Source: Bdellovibrionota bacterium (GTDB taxonomy: Bacteria > Bdellovibrionota_C > UBA2361 > JBIKWN01). Taken from it: a stretch of 14,713 nt of DNA. The number at the start of each line of letters is the position of its first letter. Position 1 is the stretch's first letter. Shown here piece after piece: positions 1-7,572 of the stretch. A model generated the notes under the pieces. That model was not told the DNA's origin. It searched no databases and worked only from the letters and a program-made list of their open reading frames with translations. The translations under genes were made by a program, and so were the position numbers. The stretch is taken from positions 1-14,713 of the forward strand of contig JBIKWN010000063.1 in NCBI GenBank assembly GCA_044356295.1, given 5' to 3'.

Positions 1-2
1 GG

Positions 3-1244
3 TTTCCTGAAGTCAATCAAAATCAAAATACAAATCAAAATCACTTAAAGTTAAATCTTAATAAGACTGAAAAAATATTAATTAACCGAGCAGAAGATAC
101 TTTATTAGCAAATCAAATTGATGGTGGAGATGTCTATTTTATACCTGACGGAGTAGTATTATCATCAGAGTTTCCTTTTATTGATCCAAGAGGATATGGT
201 TTTTACCACAGTGATCTTATTTCATCGGGAAATCTAATTAGTTCTTTACAATTATTAAAAGATTTTAATTCTCTAAGTCCTTCGTATCCAAGCAATTATT
301 ATCCCAAGAGAGTTGATGGATACTTTAATTTTGATAATTTGATTCAATTTTTTCTAAATCCTCTCTTCTATTCAAACGAGGGATTATACTCTGCTATGAT
401 TCCAGCAAATAGTAGTATGCAAGTCAAAGATGGAGTTTCTTTTTCTTACGTTAAAAAATTTATTGATGACAATTGTTTGAATAAGCAATGTGATTACCGA
501 GTAGGGCAATTTAACGGTAATAGTAGTGAAGTTTCTGTCGTAATTACTGATAAAGTATTTAAAGATATCCCAAAACAAAACAAAGACATCATATCTCAGA
601 TGTTTTTTGACGACTTAGGTTATGCTTTTAAAGGCAAAGGTGTTTTATTATTAGTACCAAAATCAAAAGACCCTAATAGAAAATTCATGTTTTACTCAAA
701 AAGTGCTCCAGTTCTAGTTATTCATGTTAATCATGGCATGCCTACACCAACACCAGTTACTACTGCTACTGCAGTAGTAACTGTGGCTCCGACGCCAACA
801 ATTGGTAATATCGATACTAACAAAGAGAAAAAAATGGGATATTTTGCAGCAACTAATTGGAATCGCTGCTCTGCAGAGTACAATTATCTCACTAGAGCAT
901 ATGAGCCTAGATGTCTTGGGACTGGGGAGTGTAAAAACGCTCCCATGATTGATCAATTTTTAGCAATCAAAGCCTCTGGTGGCTGTCCCGAGGTGGGGTA
1001 CTGTGCTCCAGCGTGTCAGCAGGTAACTGTGAGAGAGGCTCGGAATGAAATTTGTCGAAATCTCTTTGGTGAAGATTGGTATCACCCTTGTGAAGTAGAT
1101 GATCTAAAGCCACAAAGTCGATTTGCACTTACCTGTGGAGGATATAGCTCATTTAACCCGAGCAATCGTCAATTTACAGGTCTATTCGGTGGATTTGAAA
1201 TTGAATGTGAAAGAAGTGGTGTTAGCACTGCTTCTATTTTTTAA
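3..1244 (+). CDS. Hypothetical protein, 5'-partial; Pro/Thr linker followed by a Cys-rich C-terminal domain
   Basis: The frame of ORF 339..1244 is open back to position 3 (FPEVNQNQNTNQNHLKL...), so the true start is outside the window. Contains PTPTPVTTATAVVTVAPTPT followed by a domain with 10 Cys. Confidence 0.8.
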   Translation, partial: FPEVNQNQNTNQNHLKLNLNKTEKILINRAEDTLLANQIDGGDVYFIPDGVVLSSEFPFIDPRGYGFYHSDLISSGNLISSLQLLKDFNSLSPSYPSNYYPKRVDGYFNFDNLIQFFLNPLFYSNEGLYSAMIPANSSMQVKDGVSFSYVKKFIDDNCLNKQCDYRVGQFNGNSSEVSVVITDKVFKDIPKQNKDIISQMFFDDLGYAFKGKGVLLLVPKSKDPNRKFMFYSKSAPVLVIHVNHGMPTPTPVTTATAVVTVAPTPTIGNIDTNKEKKMGYFAATNWNRCSAEYNYLTRAYEPRCLGTGECKNAPMIDQFLAIKASGGCPEVGYCAPACQQVTVREARNEICRNLFGEDWYHPCEVDDLKPQSRFALTCGGYSSFNPSNRQFTGLFGGFEIECERSGVSTASIF

Positions 1245-1293
1245 TTCAAATTTCTGAATTAAAAACTATTGGTAAGATTATTTGAAAATCGAG

Positions 1294-1319
1294 TGATCTG
1301 ATCCCCACAAAACGGACAC
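1294..1319 (+). mobile_element. IS3-family-like left terminal inverted repeat (orphan end)
   Basis: TGATCTGATCCCCACAAAACGGACAC starts with TG and matches 17/23 to the reverse complement of 5371-5393, which follows an IS3 OrfB stub. Confidence 0.6.
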
Positions 1320-1341
1320 CTAATTACGTGTAGTTAGTACA

Positions 1342-1563
1342 ATGCCAAGAATCCGAAGACACATACAACCTGGAAGATCCTACGAGTTAATTCTAAGTGT
1401 TGAAAACAGGCTTACCGTTTCTCGGTCCAAGCCCACTAATAAACACTCACTTAAACGGGATTATTTCAAGAGCGCAAAGGGATAATACGGTAACACTTTG
1501 TCATTACCTTTGGATGAGCAATCAGATTTACATAATTCTTGCTGAAAGAATGAAAAATCCAGG
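1342..1563 (+). pseudogene. Degenerate RAYT / Y1 HUH transposase, N-terminal fragment
   Basis: ATG1342 MPRIRRHIQPGRSYELILSVE, then a frameshift at the A-run near 1403-1406 into TGLPFLGPSPLINTHLNGIISRAQRDNTVTLCHYLWMSNQIYIIL. Fits the MPRxxR..PG..Y start and the Y-x-x-M-x-N-H-x-H motif. Both His codons are one substitution away (CAG, TAC). Truncated. Confidence 0.65.
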
Positions 1564-1693
1564 TAGTGCAACTATCATACCAACAATTAACTTTTTGATA
1601 TTAGGATATATATGTTGTTGCCTGAAAAATAAAAAAGTTTTTATAAAAGGACTTAAGTATTTTTATAAGGTAACGATAACTTAAAAAATATAG

Positions 1694-1728
1694 AAAAAAC
1701 TGGTACAAGTTAACTATTTTGGCAACTT
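1694..1728 (+). repeat. GTAC-family intergenic repeat, left arm
   Basis: AAAAAACTGGTACAAGTTAACTATTTTGGCAACTT; near-direct repeat of 2417-2452. Confidence 0.75.
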
Positions 1729-1910
1729 CCTCTAAGAATTAAAGATGCCTTGTGCTAGTTTGCTGTTTATTAGGGAAAAAATATAATCATTTCAGTAATA
1801 TATTAAGCCTAAAAAAAATTATTAGAAATTACTAAAGAAATTTTTATAATGTACGATATAAACTCAAAATAATATAACTTCGAAAATCCATCTTTGTAGG
1901 GATCCTTTTT

Positions 1911-2411
1911 ATGAAATTTATAATCCTTTCAATCTTCTTTAGCTTTATATCTAGTCACTCAATTGCTCTTGCGGAGAAAGTTACGTGTAAACCTGCTAAA
2001 GGTGAAGTTACTTGTTTTTACAGAGAAGGCCCTGCTTTTCCTACTTCAGGTTGTAAAGATGATGGGCTTGGAGGAGGGTATTTTGTTTTCGAATGTAGTA
2101 AAAATTGCCTAGTAGATGCACAACCATCTATACCATGCAAAAAACCTTGCGTTATGGAAAATAAGCTGTCTGATCCCACAAATGGTGGTTCTATGGTCGT
2201 TACCTGCAAACCTGGTCCATTATTACAAGGGAAAAGCTTACAATATAATGATAAAGCTGCTTGTGAGCGTCAACGCGCTTTGGCGAATGGAGCATCCGCT
2301 TGTCAATTCAGTGCAAATTCAGTATGCCCAAATGCTAAAAAAGAACCTAGGAATTGTGTAGCACCAGTTGCAGCAATAGTTGATAATTTCACCGGGCCCA
2401 CTTTGTACTAA
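1911..2411 (+). CDS. Secreted Cys-rich hypothetical protein (166 aa, 12 Cys)
   Basis: MKFIILSIFFSFISSHSIALA signal peptide ending in A-x-A; even number of Cys. Confidence 0.85.
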   Translation: MKFIILSIFFSFISSHSIALAEKVTCKPAKGEVTCFYREGPAFPTSGCKDDGLGGGYFVFECSKNCLVDAQPSIPCKKPCVMENKLSDPTNGGSMVVTCKPGPLLQGKSLQYNDKAACERQRALANGASACQFSANSVCPNAKKEPRNCVAPVAAIVDNFTGPTLY

Positions 2412-2416
2412 TAATA

Positions 2417-2560
2417 AAAAAACTGGAATAAGGTAACTTTTTTTGGCAACTTGCAAAGTTGGTACGACGAAGGGTTAGTACAATTCCAATAACGCTCAGG
2501 CGCTTTCAAAGTGGAAAACTCCATGTGTAATTCTAATCTTGAGCTAAATTGTACCAGTTT
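2417..2560. repeat. GTAC-family inverted-repeat element between convergent genes
   Basis: Left arm AAAAAACTGGAATAAGGTAACT...GGCAACTT (2417-2452). Right arm AGCTAAATTGTACCAGTTT (2542-2560), whose reverse complement matches 1697-1715 at 17/19. Confidence 0.65.
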
Positions 2561-2573
2561 AGCGAAGCAAATT

Positions 2574-3251
2574 TTAATATGTCATAGCTTGTGTAGCACA
2601 TTCCTCGCATGGTACCAAATTTTCGCTACAGCATACTTTTAATTTAACTTCTTGGTTGGAACAGCTAGCATTATTACATGCAGCAGCTATTGTAAGTTGG
2701 TTATCATTTAAATATTGAGAACATTCTTCTCGAGTCTTAAATGAATCGCCGTGATAAAGATAAACTTGATATGAATCTGGGCACGGACAAGTTGTATTTT
2801 TCCTTGTACTTCCGTCTGGACATAAATTGTCTGGATTTCTATTTTCCCAACATCCACACGAAGCATTTTGGCAGTTTCCTGAAGTGCTACTACAACTGCA
2901 AGAACGGATTTTACAGGTGTACGGACAACTAACTTTATAAACAGCAGTATTCCCAGTTAAATGCTTATCACAACCTGCTCTTGCCGTCGTTTGTTTGTAA
3001 TACTGGCAACTTGCCTTTCCATCGACTAGAGAATCACTTCCTGCGCACCTAATGTAGTCTTTTGGTAACTCAATTGTAGGAACTGCAGTAACTGTAGTAT
3101 TCGGTATGGGAGTCATTACACGCCTAAAGCTAGATTGTTGAGATGAAAAATCTCTTTCGGGCGAACTATATGAGGACTGTACGTGACCTAATAGTAGGAA
3201 GAGAAATACAAGAGCGAAAAAGAAAGAGGTATTTTTTATATAATGATGCAT
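2574..3251 (-). CDS. Secreted Cys-rich hypothetical protein (225 aa, 20 Cys) with Pro/Thr linker
   Basis: Hydrophobic N-terminus FFFALVFLFLLLG, linker TPIPNTTVTAVPT, 20 Cys in the mature part. Confidence 0.85.
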   Translation of the reverse strand: MHHYIKNTSFFFALVFLFLLLGHVQSSYSSPERDFSSQQSSFRRVMTPIPNTTVTAVPTIELPKDYIRCAGSDSLVDGKASCQYYKQTTARAGCDKHLTGNTAVYKVSCPYTCKIRSCSCSSTSGNCQNASCGCWENRNPDNLCPDGSTRKNTTCPCPDSYQVYLYHGDSFKTREECSQYLNDNQLTIAAACNNASCSNQEVKLKVCCSENLVPCEECATQAMTY

Positions 3252-3309
3252 AAATCGTAATTTACAGTATTTGTAGGACTTTAGAAAATATAATTCTTGG
3301 TTGAAATTC

Positions 3310-3393
3310 TTAGGGGACGCTCACCTTTTTAACTAGTTGATATTAGAGAAACTTTCCTAATTTCAGATACTTAAAAAAGTTAGCGTTCCCTAA
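3310..3393. repeat. REP/REPIN-like inverted repeat pair (GGGGACGCTCACC type)
   Basis: TAGGGGACGCTCACCTTTTTAA (3311-3332) versus TTAAAAAAGTTAGCGTTCCCTA (3371-3392): 19/22 complementary. Confidence 0.75.
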
Positions 3394-3414
3394 ATACCGC
3401 GAAGAAGACATCAA

Positions 3415-3486
3415 TGGTAAAAGGTAACTAGGATTTTATAATAATTTTTTTTCAGGTTAATCAATATTGAAAGTTACCCTGTACCA
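3415..3486. repeat. 72-bp MITE/REPIN-like GTAC element
   Basis: Arms TGGTAAAAGGTAACT / AGTTACCCTGTACCA (13/15). The AT-rich interior aligns with the interior of 7605-7678. Confidence 0.85.
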
Positions 3487-3594
3487 AGATCTTTTGTGCC
3501 AAGACCTTTGATAAATACAAATAAGATTCTCTACCATTTTCCTTTCTGATAGCGTCAATGTTATTTCTTTTTAATGTTATGAAGAAGAAAAGGG

Positions 3595-4184
3595 GCTATC
3601 TGAGATCTGTGAAAACCTTTTGAAAAACCCCTTTGAAGATCGACCTTAATCGGATGTCGGAAGAGGGGGGAGTGTGAAGTCCTGGTTCATTGCTTCCAAA
3701 TGTTTTTGGCAAACATCTGGGATGGTTTGAGTCCAACCATCGAACCAGTTCGCGGGCACTGAGTCTTCGTCAAAGTACAATGATGCTTCAGCCCAAAAAG
3801 GCTCTAAATCCTCAATAAAGACCCCATTGATCCAATTCGAGACTTCAGTCCTCTTCATTGTGTCATGGTCGGTAAACGTTATCGTGAACCACTTCTCTTC
3901 GAGGCCCGCTTTGAACGCGAGATAGTGAAGCACTATCATCGTTTCCGTCGGATCTTCGCGGCTTCGCACAGCTGCGATTTTGCAAACACCTCTTCGCGGC
4001 GCCTGATTTTGGGTTAGTGGGAATGTTTTACCATTCCAATAGATGAGGCAGGCGATCGTAGGATCCCCTGTTTGAGTGTCAATTCGATTCTCCATAAGGT
4101 GAATTTGGGCTCTGCCCACTCACCGCCGTGTATAGAACACGGATGTCAATGAGCAGTCCCAAAACCTGATATTTCTCAGATAGC
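3595..4184. mobile_element. Putative small non-autonomous cargo element bounded by 11-bp inverted repeats
   Basis: GCTATCTGAGA (3595-3605) and TCTCAGATAGC (4174-4184) are perfect inverted repeats enclosing a visibly GC-richer segment. Confidence 0.45.
3646..4119 (-). CDS. Hypothetical cytoplasmic protein (start GTG4119 or ATG4095)
   Basis: 157-codon ORF with protein-like, Trp/acidic-rich composition. Two sampled 60-nt lines were 47% and 55% GC, above the flanks. No family recognised. Confidence 0.65.
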   Translation of the reverse strand: MGRAQIHLMENRIDTQTGDPTIACLIYWNGKTFPLTQNQAPRRGVCKIAAVRSREDPTETMIVLHYLAFKAGLEEKWFTITFTDHDTMKRTEVSNWINGVFIEDLEPFWAEASLYFDEDSVPANWFDGWTQTIPDVCQKHLEAMNQDFTLPPLPTSD

Positions 4185-4269
4185 AGGCAGATTGTATCAA
4201 GCTTTTTTCCTTAACATACTGCTTTACGACTCATTTCCTGAATTGGAATGACGAAAAAAATCCAATCTT

Positions 4270-4350
4270 GAAAGAAAGGTAACTCTCAGCAACTTTTAAA
4301 TTCCCTTAATTAATTATTAAGAAATCAAAGTTAGCCTGTACCAAGACCTT
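4270..4350. repeat. GTAC-family inverted-repeat element (degenerate)
   Basis: AAGGTAACT (4276-4284) + GCAACTT, and AGTTAGCCTGTACCA (4329-4343) followed by AGACCTT, as also seen after the 3415-3486 copy. Confidence 0.75.
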
Positions 4351-4494
4351 TTCATAAGTAAAAAGACCGGATTTTAATTCGGTTGTAGTTTAATAATTAA
4401 GTATAGACTACGTGGGCAAGATTTTGCTTGCAAAGATGACACCCCAAATGTTAAAGAAAGAAGACAAAAAAACCTAGTATTAGATATAATACAT

Positions 4495-5073
4495 ATGAAA
4501 AATCTTATCTTAGTAATTACATCTTTATTTCTCTTTAACACTATTGCAATTGCCCAAAGTTCCAATCCTCAATACAAAGGAAAATATAGTTGCACTGTTT
4601 CAAGTGGTTTTCAAAGCATACAAAAGACTGGTGACTTCACTTCTTCTAGCTTTGGTTTTCCAGGTTTTCCCTCAATCGCTTTTGCGGGTTTTAGCTTTCC
4701 TATTACTCTTCCAGCTGATGCCATGGGACAGCAAGCGCCTCGGAATTTATTTGTAATGGTAAACAATACTGCATACGGTACTCCTTCTCTTCCGCTCACT
4801 CATCTTCCAATTACAAATGCTAATATTTCTATTGTTGATACTGACAATTTTGCATCTGCTTCTTCATCAACAGGTGGACAAATTGCCGGAGGCAATACCC
4901 AGCTTTTATCATACGCAACTATTAACCTTAAACCAGGACAGTCTCACTCACTTAGTATTTCAGCAGCGCTAAGCCCAAGTACTATTAACATAAGCGCAAA
5001 TTGCTCTTTAACATTGAATACTATAACTGGAGTTTCAAGAATCATTGCAGCCACCAAAGCGGCGGGAAGATAA
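4495..5073 (+). CDS. Secreted hypothetical protein, Ser/Thr-rich, probably beta-rich (192 aa)
   Basis: Signal peptide MKNLILVITSLFLFNTIAIA|QS; one Cys near each end of the mature domain. Confidence 0.85.
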   Translation: MKNLILVITSLFLFNTIAIAQSSNPQYKGKYSCTVSSGFQSIQKTGDFTSSSFGFPGFPSIAFAGFSFPITLPADAMGQQAPRNLFVMVNNTAYGTPSLPLTHLPITNANISIVDTDNFASASSSTGGQIAGGNTQLLSYATINLKPGQSHSLSISAALSPSTINISANCSLTLNTITGVSRIIAATKAAGR

Positions 5074-5199
5074 AAATCGCCTGAGTCACTCGCCAAACTT
5101 TGATCTCACAGGTAGGAAAAACAACACGCCCCTTAAGACCTTTAAGAAAAGCGTCTTTTTGGTAAACGCCGACGTTTACTTTGGGTACGTGACAGTCTG

Positions 5200-5214
5200 A
5201 GTTACCTTGTACCA
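5200..5214 (-). repeat. GTAC-family repeat, solitary right arm
   Basis: AGTTACCTTGTACCA is the exact reverse complement of the consensus TGGTACAAGGTAACT. Confidence 0.75.
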
Positions 5215-5220
5215 ATTTGG

Positions 5221-5349
5221 TATGAGGAGAGAATCTTCAAGTACATTGAAGGTTTTTATAACACAAGAAGAGCTCATTCTTTCTTGAACTATTTAAGTCC
5301 AATGCAGTTTGAACTCTCGGGGCAAACTCATCTGGGGATTAGAAAATAG
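5221..5349 (+). pseudogene. IS3-family transposase OrfB C-terminal remnant
   Basis: Translates to YEERIFKYIEGFYNTRRAHSFLNYLSPMQFE..., the characteristic IS3 integrase-core tail (YIxxFYNxxRxHSxLxYxSPxxFE). Too short for the ORF track. Confidence 0.88.
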
Positions 5350-5367
5350 TCGCCTACCCATAATGGG

Positions 5368-5393
5368 CGCTCCGCTAAATGGGGATCACCTCA
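5368..5393 (-). mobile_element. IS3-family right terminal inverted repeat
   Basis: ...TCCGCTAAATGGGGATCACCTCA ends in CA, just downstream of the OrfB stub. Confidence 0.7.
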
Positions 5394-5706
5394 GGCAGCT
5401 TAATCGTCGGGTTAATGTGTTTTTGGAGAATTAATCGGGCTATCCCTAAACTAATCCAGTATAATGCATCCTACCGATTTTTTCTCACACACTTAAACTT
5501 GCATTATTATCTAGTTATTCAACTGAATTTAATAATTATTCTGATTGAATAAATTACACTAAGATTTTTTCTTAACTAAAAAGCGATATATTTTCGAATA
5601 CCCAAACATTCCACTCGGAGTAAATTTCGACTTTAGACATTTCAGAAAAATGACGAATCATAAGAAGAGTCAATCTTAATTTTAGTAATTCGAGTGCGTA
5701 TATAGT

Positions 5707-7530
5707 TTGCCTATAACAATTGGAAGTAACATTGCATCACTTAATGTGCAGCGGCAACTTGCCCGTTCTAGCGAAGCCTTATCTACAGTTTACGAGCGAT
5801 TATCATCTGGACAAAGAGTAAACCGAGCAAGTGACGATGCTGCTGGCCTGGCTATATCCATGAATTTAAAAACAAGCTCTAGAATTGTAAGTCAAGGAAT
5901 TAGAAATATTAATGATGGTTTATCAGCCTCACATATCATTAGTGGAACACTTAGTTCTCTGAGTGATATCACTATAAGAATCCAAGAGCTTGCAGAGCAA
6001 AGTGCAAATGGTACATACACGTCTAAACAGCGCGAACATATAGATCTTGAAGCTCAACAATTGCGGAAGGAATTCAATAGAATCGTTGAAGGTGTTTCCT
6101 TTAATGGCCTTGATCTATTATCAGCGGGGCGAGAAGACATATTAATCAGCGCAGGCGGAGCTGGAACGACTTTTGCACTTTACGTAGACGCTGGCGCAAC
6201 AGATGTATCAAAAACTAATTCTGGCACTTTTTCAACTAGTTCTGGAAGTATTGCAATCGGCAGACTGGGAGTTGCAGTTGATATAAACAATGATGGACAT
6301 TTAGACAGAATTCACAGATCGAACAACATTTCCACTGATATTTTTGTAAGCTTAGGAAATGGTGATGGAACGTTCCGTGCTGCAATATCAAACACAAGTG
6401 GTGGAAACGGTACTAACATAACAATGGTAGCAGGTGATTTTAATGGTGATGGTAATTTAGATATTGTCAATCAGAACTCAGCTTCTGATATCGATATATT
6501 TATGGGGAATGGTGATGGTACATTTAGGGCTGCTATTTCTAGTTCGATTGCCGGAACATTTGCAATCACAACAGCGGCAGATTTTAATGGTGATGGGCTT
6601 GACGACATTATTACAGGTGGTCGTGATGTAAAACTATCTAATGGCGACGGAACATTTCGTGCTGTCCAAAGTATAGCAAATGCACTAACCACTTATGGTG
6701 AATCAAGTGCGGAGGATTTGAATGGCGATGGAATCATTGATGTCGTTACGCGCGGTAGCAACGCAATATTTGTAGCGTTTGGAAATGGCAATGGGAGCTT
6801 TAAAGCTGCAACTTCTTACAGCACTGGTGGTGCAATCTTTGATCTATATGATTCGGTTTTGTTAACCGATGTGAACGGGGATGAAATTCTCGACATCGCT
6901 GCATTGCACACGACAGGAATGACCACATTTATAGGCAATTCAAGCGGAACTTTTCAAACAGGAGTTAGCACAGCGGTTACTGGATCTATTGCGATATCTG
7001 ACCTTAATAGTGATGGCAAAGTCGATATTATAGACAATTCAAATGGTGGCGGAGGTATATACTGGGGTAACGGAGACGGAACATTTAGAGCATCTGGCAT
7101 GACAATTGGCTTTAATCCAATTGGAGGCGCAATAAGCTTTGGGGATTTTAATCGTGATGGCGCGATTGATGTTTCTGGGGCATTAAATTTTGCCCTTGGA
7201 AACACCAATTCCAGTTCAAAACTTCAGACATTTACGCTTACAACCCAAGTTGAAGCTAGAGCAACCCTTGCTATAATGCAACGAGGTATAGAGAAGCTTT
7301 CACTTGCCCAATCTAAAATTGGAGCAAGTCAGTCAAGACTAGCTACTGCAGCTCAAGTGTTACAAACGCAGAGGGAAAACTATTTAGCTGCAAATTCACG
7401 AATTGTAGATGTTGATGTTGCGATTGAAAGCGCATCGTTAGCTCGAATAAATATTTCACAAAAAGCAGCTACTGCTGTTTTAGCACAAGCTAATCTGTCC
7501 CCGCAGTTGGCGCTTTCGTTGCTAAATTAA
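5707..7530 (+). CDS. fliC: Flagellin with FG-GAP/VCBS repeat insertion (607 aa)
   Basis: Flagellin N-domain (ITIGSNIASLNVQRQL, ERLSSGQRVNRASDDAAGLAIS) and C-domain (SKIGASQSRL, AANSRIVDVDVAIES, VLAQANLSPQLALSLL) enclose seven DxNxDG-type repeats. TTG start. Confidence 0.95.
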   Translation: MPITIGSNIASLNVQRQLARSSEALSTVYERLSSGQRVNRASDDAAGLAISMNLKTSSRIVSQGIRNINDGLSASHIISGTLSSLSDITIRIQELAEQSANGTYTSKQREHIDLEAQQLRKEFNRIVEGVSFNGLDLLSAGREDILISAGGAGTTFALYVDAGATDVSKTNSGTFSTSSGSIAIGRLGVAVDINNDGHLDRIHRSNNISTDIFVSLGNGDGTFRAAISNTSGGNGTNITMVAGDFNGDGNLDIVNQNSASDIDIFMGNGDGTFRAAISSSIAGTFAITTAADFNGDGLDDIITGGRDVKLSNGDGTFRAVQSIANALTTYGESSAEDLNGDGIIDVVTRGSNAIFVAFGNGNGSFKAATSYSTGGAIFDLYDSVLLTDVNGDEILDIAALHTTGMTTFIGNSSGTFQTGVSTAVTGSIAISDLNSDGKVDIIDNSNGGGGIYWGNGDGTFRASGMTIGFNPIGGAISFGDFNRDGAIDVSGALNFALGNTNSSSKLQTFTLTTQVEARATLAIMQRGIEKLSLAQSKIGASQSRLATAAQVLQTQRENYLAANSRIVDVDVAIESASLARINISQKAATAVLAQANLSPQLALSLLN

Positions 7531-7572
7531 ACTTTTCTTGAACCAAAAAATATTTCATTCTTGAGATATAAT

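Noticed and set aside
1397..1684. 95-aa ORF as an intact gene
   Set aside because: The first half is the frameshifted part of the Y1 transposase relic; the rest reads into AT-rich noncoding DNA.
5162..5179. GTAAACG-CCGA-CGTTTAC hairpin as terminator of ORF 4495-5073
   Set aside because: Weak 7-bp stem, short U tract, about 90 nt from the stop.
5633..5659. Sigma28 promoter for the flagellin (TTAG-N15-GACGAATC)
   Set aside because: Spacing fits but the match to TAAA-N15-GCCGATAA is too weak.
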